A DNA stretch of 55,636 nt, taken from an uncultured Clostridium sp. GTDB taxonomy: Bacteria; Bacillota; Clostridia; TANB77; CAG-508. The notes beneath the pieces are model-generated. The model made no database searches. It had not been told where the DNA came from and saw only the letters and a list, made by a program, of their open reading frames with translations. Location: positions 1-55,636 of the forward strand of contig CAMNPT010000004.1 of the NCBI GenBank assembly GCA_946548575.1, read 5' to 3'. Every line of letters begins with the position of its first letter. Positions within the stretch are counted from its first letter, which is position 1. Shown here piece by piece: positions 50,491 to 55,636 of the stretch. Made by a program: the position numbers and the translations under genes.

Positions 50491-52938
50491 TTATAAAATT
50501 ACGACTTTATTTTCTCTTACACCAATTTTTGCTTTTTTATTTTTAGTTATTTCACCATCTAAAATAGCTTCTGCAAGTTTATCTTCTAAAACACTTTGTA
50601 TTGTTCTTCTTAGTGGCCTTGCTCCAAAATTTTTGTCTATTCCTTTACTTGCTATTAATTCTTTTACTTCTGAATCTAATTCTATTTTTATTTTTTGATT
50701 TTCTAACCTTTTAGTTACTTCTTTTAGCATAATATCTATTATTTCGTTTACTTCCGTATCTGTTAATTTATGAAATACTATTATTTCATCAATACGGTTT
50801 ATAAATTCTGGTCTAAGTTCTTTTTTTAGTTCTTCCATAACTTCTTTTTTAGTTTCTTCATATTCTTTTTTTATGTCTTCCTTTTCATTTGTTGCACCTA
50901 CAAATCCAAGTTTTTTCTTGTCAGTTATTAATCTTGCACCAATATTAGATGTCATTATAATTACAGTATTTTTAAAGTTTACTGTCCTTCCCTGACTGTC
51001 TGTTAATCTTCCATCTTCTAGTATTTGAAGTAACATATTCATAACATCTGGATGTGCCTTTTCTATTTCATCAAATAATATTACTGAATATGGTTTTCTT
51101 CTAATTTTTTCTGTTAATTGTCCTCCTTCATCAAATCCAACATATCCTGGAGGTGAACCTATTAATTTTGATACAGAGTGTGGTTCCATATATTCTGACA
51201 TATCTACTCTAATCATTGAATTTTCATCTCCAAATAAGCATTCTGCTAATGCCTTTGATAATTCTGTTTTTCCTACTCCTGTTGGTCCTAAAAATAGGAA
51301 TGATCCTATTGGCCTTTTTGGGTCTTTTAGTCCAACTCTTCCTCTTCTTATTGCTTTTGCGACTGCTTCTACTGCTTCATTTTGTCCTATAACCCTTTCA
51401 TGTAAATTTTTCTCAAGATTTTTTAGTTTTACATTTTCATTCTCTGTTATTTTTTTAACTGGAATTCCTGTCCAATTTGCTATTACTTCAGCAATATTTT
51501 CTTCTGTTATATTTGCAACTTCTTTGTTATTTTTGTTCTTCCACTTTTTCATTTCATTATCATATTTTTCTTTTAACTGTTTTTGTTTATCTCTAAGAGT
51601 TGCTGCCTTTTCAAATTTTTGAATTCTTACTGCTTCTTCCTTATTTTTAGATACCTCTTCAATTTCTTCCTCTAATTTCTTTAATACATCTGGTTCTGTA
51701 TAAGATTTAAGTTTTGCTCTTGATGCTGCTTCATCGATTAAATCTATTGCTTTATCTGGTAAATATCTATCATTTATATACCTTGTAGACATTTTAACAG
51801 CAGCATCTATTGCTTCATCTGTAATCTTCACACCATGATGAGCCTCATATTTGTCTCTTATTCCTTGCAAAATCTTGATAGTATCTTTTTCGCTTGGTTC
51901 ATTTACAATTACTGGGCTAAACCTTCTCTCTAATGCCGCATCTTTTTCAATATATTTTCTATATTCATTTAAAGTTGTAGCTCCAATTAGTTGAATTTCT
52001 CCCCTTGCTAAAAGCGGTTTTAAAATATTTGCTGCATCAATTGCTCCTTCTGCTGCTCCTGCGCCAACAATTGTATGGATTTCGTCTATAAATAAAATAA
52101 TATCTCCAGCTTTTTTCACTTCATCTAAGGCTTTTTTTATTCTTTCCTCAAAATCTCCTCTATATTTACTACCTGCAACCATGCTAGAAATATCCATAGT
52201 TACAACTCTTTTATCTTTTAATATTTCTGGTACATCTCCTGAAACAATTTTCTGTGCCAACCCCTCAACTGCTGCAGTTTTACCAACACCTGGTTCTCCA
52301 ATTAAACAAGGATTATTTTTTGTTCTCCTTGATAAAATTTGAATAACTCTATCAATTTCTTCTTTTCTTCCTACAATTGGGTCTAACTTGCCATCCTCAG
52401 CTTTTTTTGTTAAGTCTTGTCCAAATTGATTTAAAGTAGGTGTTAAATTAAAACTTCCTCTTTTTCTATTACCTTTAGAAGATTTATCATCACCTGAGAA
52501 ATCCTCTCCTTCATTTATAACTTTAACAATTTCGTTATACATTTTTGGAATATTTATATCAAGTTCAAGCATAATTCTAGTAGCAATACTATCAGCTTCT
52601 CTTAAAATTCCAATTAATAGATGCTCTGTTCCTATATAATTATAACCTAATTTTCTAGCCTCAACAAATGCATTTTCAATAACTCTTTTACTTCTTGGTG
52701 TAAAGCCTAGTGTACCTTCTAATGTTTCTTCTTGACCCACTAATTCTATAATTTTGTCAATTATAATATCTGATGTTATTGATTGATTTTCTAAAACCTT
52801 AGCAGCAACTCCACTTCCTTCTTTAACTAAACCATATAAAATATGCTCTGTTCCAATATAATTATGTCCAAGTTCAATTGCTGCCTCATTTGCAAGTTCA
52901 ATAGCTTTTTTAGCTCTATTTGTAAATTTATAAATCAT
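50491..52938 (-). CDS. clpC: Clp protease ATP-binding subunit ClpC
   Basis: Clp-N repeats, GEPGVGKT, GPTGVGKT, UVR linker. Confidence 0.97.
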   Translation of the reverse strand: MIYKFTNRAKKAIELANEAAIELGHNYIGTEHILYGLVKEGSGVAAKVLENQSITSDIIIDKIIELVGQEETLEGTLGFTPRSKRVIENAFVEARKLGYNYIGTEHLLIGILREADSIATRIMLELDINIPKMYNEIVKVINEGEDFSGDDKSSKGNRKRGSFNLTPTLNQFGQDLTKKAEDGKLDPIVGRKEEIDRVIQILSRRTKNNPCLIGEPGVGKTAAVEGLAQKIVSGDVPEILKDKRVVTMDISSMVAGSKYRGDFEERIKKALDEVKKAGDIILFIDEIHTIVGAGAAEGAIDAANILKPLLARGEIQLIGATTLNEYRKYIEKDAALERRFSPVIVNEPSEKDTIKILQGIRDKYEAHHGVKITDEAIDAAVKMSTRYINDRYLPDKAIDLIDEAASRAKLKSYTEPDVLKKLEEEIEEVSKNKEEAVRIQKFEKAATLRDKQKQLKEKYDNEMKKWKNKNNKEVANITEENIAEVIANWTGIPVKKITENENVKLKNLEKNLHERVIGQNEAVEAVAKAIRRGRVGLKDPKRPIGSFLFLGPTGVGKTELSKALAECLFGDENSMIRVDMSEYMEPHSVSKLIGSPPGYVGFDEGGQLTEKIRRKPYSVILFDEIEKAHPDVMNMLLQILEDGRLTDSQGRTVNFKNTVIIMTSNIGARLITDKKKLGFVGATNEKEDIKKEYEETKKEVMEELKKELRPEFINRIDEIIVFHKLTDTEVNEIIDIMLKEVTKRLENQKIKIELDSEVKELIASKGIDKNFGARPLRRTIQSVLEDKLAEAILDGEITKNKKAKIGVRENKVVIL

Positions 52939-52952
52939 TTTATCGACCTCCT

Positions 52953-53975
52953 TTATTTTTCTATGATCTTATGAATTGCTTCTACTCTTTTTATATCTTG
53001 TTCTATAGCATCACATTGAATTCCTAAGTATTTTTGTAAATTTGCAGGTTTTGTATACAAACACAATTCCTTTACCTTTTTATCTGTTAGTTCATCTATA
53101 ATTCCTAAATCTACTCCTAATTTTATATTAGATAAAAGTTCTTTACATTCTTCATAACTTATTTTTCTAGCATTTGTTAATAACCCATAACTTCTGTATA
53201 TTAAATCCTCTATTTCTAATGGATTTTTTGTTAATAATTTTCTTGCTTGTCTTTCTTGTTCTATTATCTGTTTTATTATTACTTGTAAATTTTTTATTAT
53301 TTCTTTTTCTGTAATTCCAAGTGTTTGTTTATTTGATATTTGATATATATCTCCTTGTTTAGATACATTTTCTCCGTAATTTCCTCTTATGTTCATTCCA
53401 AATTCATCTACAGCTTCTAGTATTTTTCTAATATTTTGTGTCTTTGATAATGCTGGTAAATGTAGCATCACAGATGCTTTTAATCCTGTTCCTACATCAT
53501 TTAAAGTACTTGTTAGGTATCCATATTTTTTGTTTACAGCATATCCTAAAATATCTCCTATTTTTTCATCTACTTCTATAGCTAAATTTAATGTATTTTC
53601 AAAATCCATTTCTGAGCTAAATACTTGCAAACATAAATGTTCTTTTCCACCTATCATTATACATATATTTTCTTCATCATTAATTAATATACTCCCTGTT
53701 TTAGCTCTTTTTGAAACAAACTCTGGACTTATTAAATTTTTTTCTACTAAGCTCATTTTTGTTATATCATCCATATCTGCTAATTTTAAAAATTTTAATC
53801 CATAACCTATTTGATATAAATTATCCTTTATCTTATTTTCTAATTTTTCTATTTCTTCTTTTTTTACTAAATTAAATTTAAATTCACTTAAATTTCTTAA
53901 AAATCTAATTCTCAAACTTTTTACAACATCTTGGTTATTTCCACCTTCTAAATACCAATTCACTATATTCACCAC
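52953..53975 (-). CDS. mcsB: Protein arginine kinase McsB
   Basis: ATP:guanido phosphotransferase motifs GTGLKASVMLHLP and YQISN; synteny. Confidence 0.9.
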   Translation of the reverse strand: MVNIVNWYLEGGNNQDVVKSLRIRFLRNLSEFKFNLVKKEEIEKLENKIKDNLYQIGYGLKFLKLADMDDITKMSLVEKNLISPEFVSKRAKTGSILINDEENICIMIGGKEHLCLQVFSSEMDFENTLNLAIEVDEKIGDILGYAVNKKYGYLTSTLNDVGTGLKASVMLHLPALSKTQNIRKILEAVDEFGMNIRGNYGENVSKQGDIYQISNKQTLGITEKEIIKNLQVIIKQIIEQERQARKLLTKNPLEIEDLIYRSYGLLTNARKISYEECKELLSNIKLGVDLGIIDELTDKKVKELCLYTKPANLQKYLGIQCDAIEQDIKRVEAIHKIIEK

Positions 53976-53976
53976 C

Positions 53977-54549
53977 CTATTTTTCTAATTTGTTAATTTC
54001 ATCTCTATATTTTGCAGCATCTTCATATCTTTCATCTTTAACAGCTTGTTTTAAGTTTTCTTTTAATTCTTCTAATTTAGTTTTTTCTTTATTATTATTT
54101 TGTGTTTCATCTTTTTCTTTTTTTGAAGATTCTGTATTAATTCCCATTTTTTTCTCTATCTTTTTATCTATTTCTTTTCCTATTCTTCCTACGTGATGAG
54201 TTTCACCTTGAATTCTTTTTAAGATAGGATCTAATCTAGTTCCAAAAACATCATAACAATCTTTACAACCTAGTTTTCCTGTATTTGTGATATCATTAAA
54301 TGTATATCCACATGTATCACACTTTAATGTTTTTAATTCTGATATCATTGGCATAAAATCTGTATTTCCAAAATCCTCTAGAAAACCTCCTAAAAAATTA
54401 GAAAAATTGATTGGCATACTAAAATCCATATTGCCTATTCCTAGTTTTTTACTACATTCTTCACATAAATTCATTTCCTTTTTTCTACCATTTATATTTT
54501 CTTCATATCTAACATTTGCTTCTCTTTTTCCACAATTTTCACATAACAT
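53977..54549 (-). CDS. mcsA: McsA
   Basis: Four CxxC pairs plus UVR domain (ERYEDAAKYRD). Confidence 0.93.
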   Translation of the reverse strand: MLCENCGKREANVRYEENINGRKKEMNLCEECSKKLGIGNMDFSMPINFSNFLGGFLEDFGNTDFMPMISELKTLKCDTCGYTFNDITNTGKLGCKDCYDVFGTRLDPILKRIQGETHHVGRIGKEIDKKIEKKMGINTESSKKEKDETQNNNKEKTKLEELKENLKQAVKDERYEDAAKYRDEINKLEK

Positions 54550-54561
54550 AATTTTTACCTC

Positions 54562-55005
54562 CTATATATTTAATAACATATTTTTAAAAATTCTTGCTCT
54601 TACTTCATCTTTTGTTTCTTTTGGTAATCTTAAAACATTATCACTTGTTGCAACTTTCAATAGTTTTGCATCTTTGGCATTTACTATATTATAAGTTAAT
54701 AAATCATTAATTAATATATCAACCTCGTGAGCTGTTAGTTTAGAACCTATATTGTTTATTATATGCATTCTATATTCTTCATTTGAATTATTCATCTTTT
54801 TTATTGTAATGTGTCCACCTCCACCACGTCTACTTTCTACATAGTAGCCTTGTGATGGCTTAAACCTAGTTGATATTACATAATTAATTTGTGAAGGTAC
54901 ACAATTAAATTGTTCTGCTAATTCATTTCTTTGAATTTCAATTGAATCATTTTCATCTTGAAGTAACTCTTTTATAAATTCTTCAATTATATCTGACATT
55001 CTCAA
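54562..55005 (-). CDS. ctsR: Heat-shock repressor CtsR
   Basis: SDIIEEFIK, CVPSQINYVI.TRF, VESRRGGGG. Confidence 0.96.
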   Translation of the reverse strand: MRMSDIIEEFIKELLQDENDSIEIQRNELAEQFNCVPSQINYVISTRFKPSQGYYVESRRGGGGHITIKKMNNSNEEYRMHIINNIGSKLTAHEVDILINDLLTYNIVNAKDAKLLKVATSDNVLRLPKETKDEVRARIFKNMLLNI

Positions 55006-55025
55006 TATAAATCACCTCTTTTAAC

Positions 55026-55042
55026 TTTGACTTTCTTTGACC
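55026..55042 (-). promoter_or_regulatory. CtsR operator 1
   Basis: Minus strand GGTCAAA-GAA-AGTCAAA matches the CtsR heptad direct repeat. Confidence 0.9.
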
Positions 55043-55089
55043 TTTCTATTGTTATTATACTATAATACAAATATTTTTCAATTCTTGTT

Positions 55090-55106
55090 TTTGACTTTCT
55101 TTGACT
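55090..55106 (-). promoter_or_regulatory. CtsR operator 2
   Basis: Minus strand AGTCAAA-GAA-AGTCAAA. Confidence 0.9.
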
Positions 55107-55142
55107 TTTAATGTTGCATTTATATTAGTTTTCTTTTATTTT

Positions 55143-55298
55143 CTAATTATTTCTCTTTTTATCTTCTTTTTTTGTCATTTTTTGTAATTCATTTGCTCTC
55201 TCTTTTTGTTTCTCTGGTGCAACCCATCCAAAAAAACTAGGCACTGATTCTCCGTATTTCGTACTATCTTCATTTTCTCTTTTTTCTTTTTTATTCAT
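55143..55298 (-). CDS. Small hypothetical protein (51 aa; not in ORF track)
   Basis: MNKKEKRENEDSTKYGESVPSFFGWVAPEKQKERANELQKMTKKEDKKRNN*; GGGGG RBS. Confidence 0.5.
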   Translation of the reverse strand: MNKKEKRENEDSTKYGESVPSFFGWVAPEKQKERANELQKMTKKEDKKRNN

Positions 55299-55371
55299 AA
55301 AAATAAATCCCCCTTTTATTGTTATTTACAATTTGGGAGATTTTATACACTTTATTATATAATAATTATAT

Positions 55372-55636
55372 TTATATAAATGATTTTATATCAAGTATTT
55401 CTTTTTCTGATAAACCTGTTATTTCCTCTATTTCTTCAATTTTTATATTCTTTTTTATCATTTTTTTAGCTGTTTCTATTATTCCTTCTTTTATTCCTTC
55501 TTCTATCTTTCTTTTTATATCTTTTTCTTTTTTTGCTAATTCTCCTTCTTTTTTACTTAACTTTCCTTCTTTTTCACTTAGCTTTCCTTCTTTTTCACTT
55601 AGCTTTCCTTCTTTTTCACTTAGCTTTCCTTCTTTT
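55372..55636 (-). CDS. 3' end of an Rpn/PD-(D/E)XK 'putative transposase' family protein (partial)
   Basis: ...EGIKEGIIETAKKMIKKNIKIEEIEEITGLSEKEILDIKSFI*, a typical Rpn C-terminus. Confidence 0.7.
   Translation of the reverse strand, partial: KEGKLSEKEGKLSEKEGKLSEKEGKLSKKEGELAKKEKDIKRKIEEGIKEGIIETAKKMIKKNIKIEEIEEITGLSEKEILDIKSFI
55545..55636. repeat. 21-bp tandem repeat encoding KEGKLSE
   Basis: ttttcacttagctttccttct units, at least 4 copies, running off the window edge. Confidence 0.9.

Overview
Very AT-rich Clostridia-type (Bacillota) DNA. The G|ITLxxL pilin-like gene and gene content suggest a TANB77/CAG-269-like gut lineage (inference). Bases 1-12 look like the 3' end of a tRNA-Leu. 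They are followed by an integrative mobilizable element backbone (RepA_N with iterons, TnpV, MobC, relaxase) and about 15 kb of accessory cargo. The cargo includes unrelated enzyme-like proteins sharing a C-terminal motif, two paralogous small partner proteins, NUDIX, ABC and AlbA_2 genes, an orphan structured RNA candidate, and two GC-rich orphan genes with matching leader and terminator architecture. From about 18.8 kb the window is core genome, almost all on the minus strand: recG, tsaD, lysS, tRNA-Gln, rplS-trmD-rimM-khpA-rpsP-ffh-ylxM, pheST with a T-box, GGGtGRT/NifU-like, gpmI-tpiA-pgk, mutS2, ylmH, dxs, MATE, clpC-mcsB-mcsA-ctsR, and the 3' end of an Rpn-like gene. The most striking observation is that four genes (tsaD, dxs and two cargo genes) are split by the same +1 lesion: an in-frame CGG codon where skipping the C restores a GGN glycine codon and the full-length protein. 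In a manual scan these were the only in-frame CGG codons in credible genes. This suggests systematic +1 recoding at CGG (an unassigned codon, or CGGN read as Gly). A systematic sequencing artefact must still be excluded.
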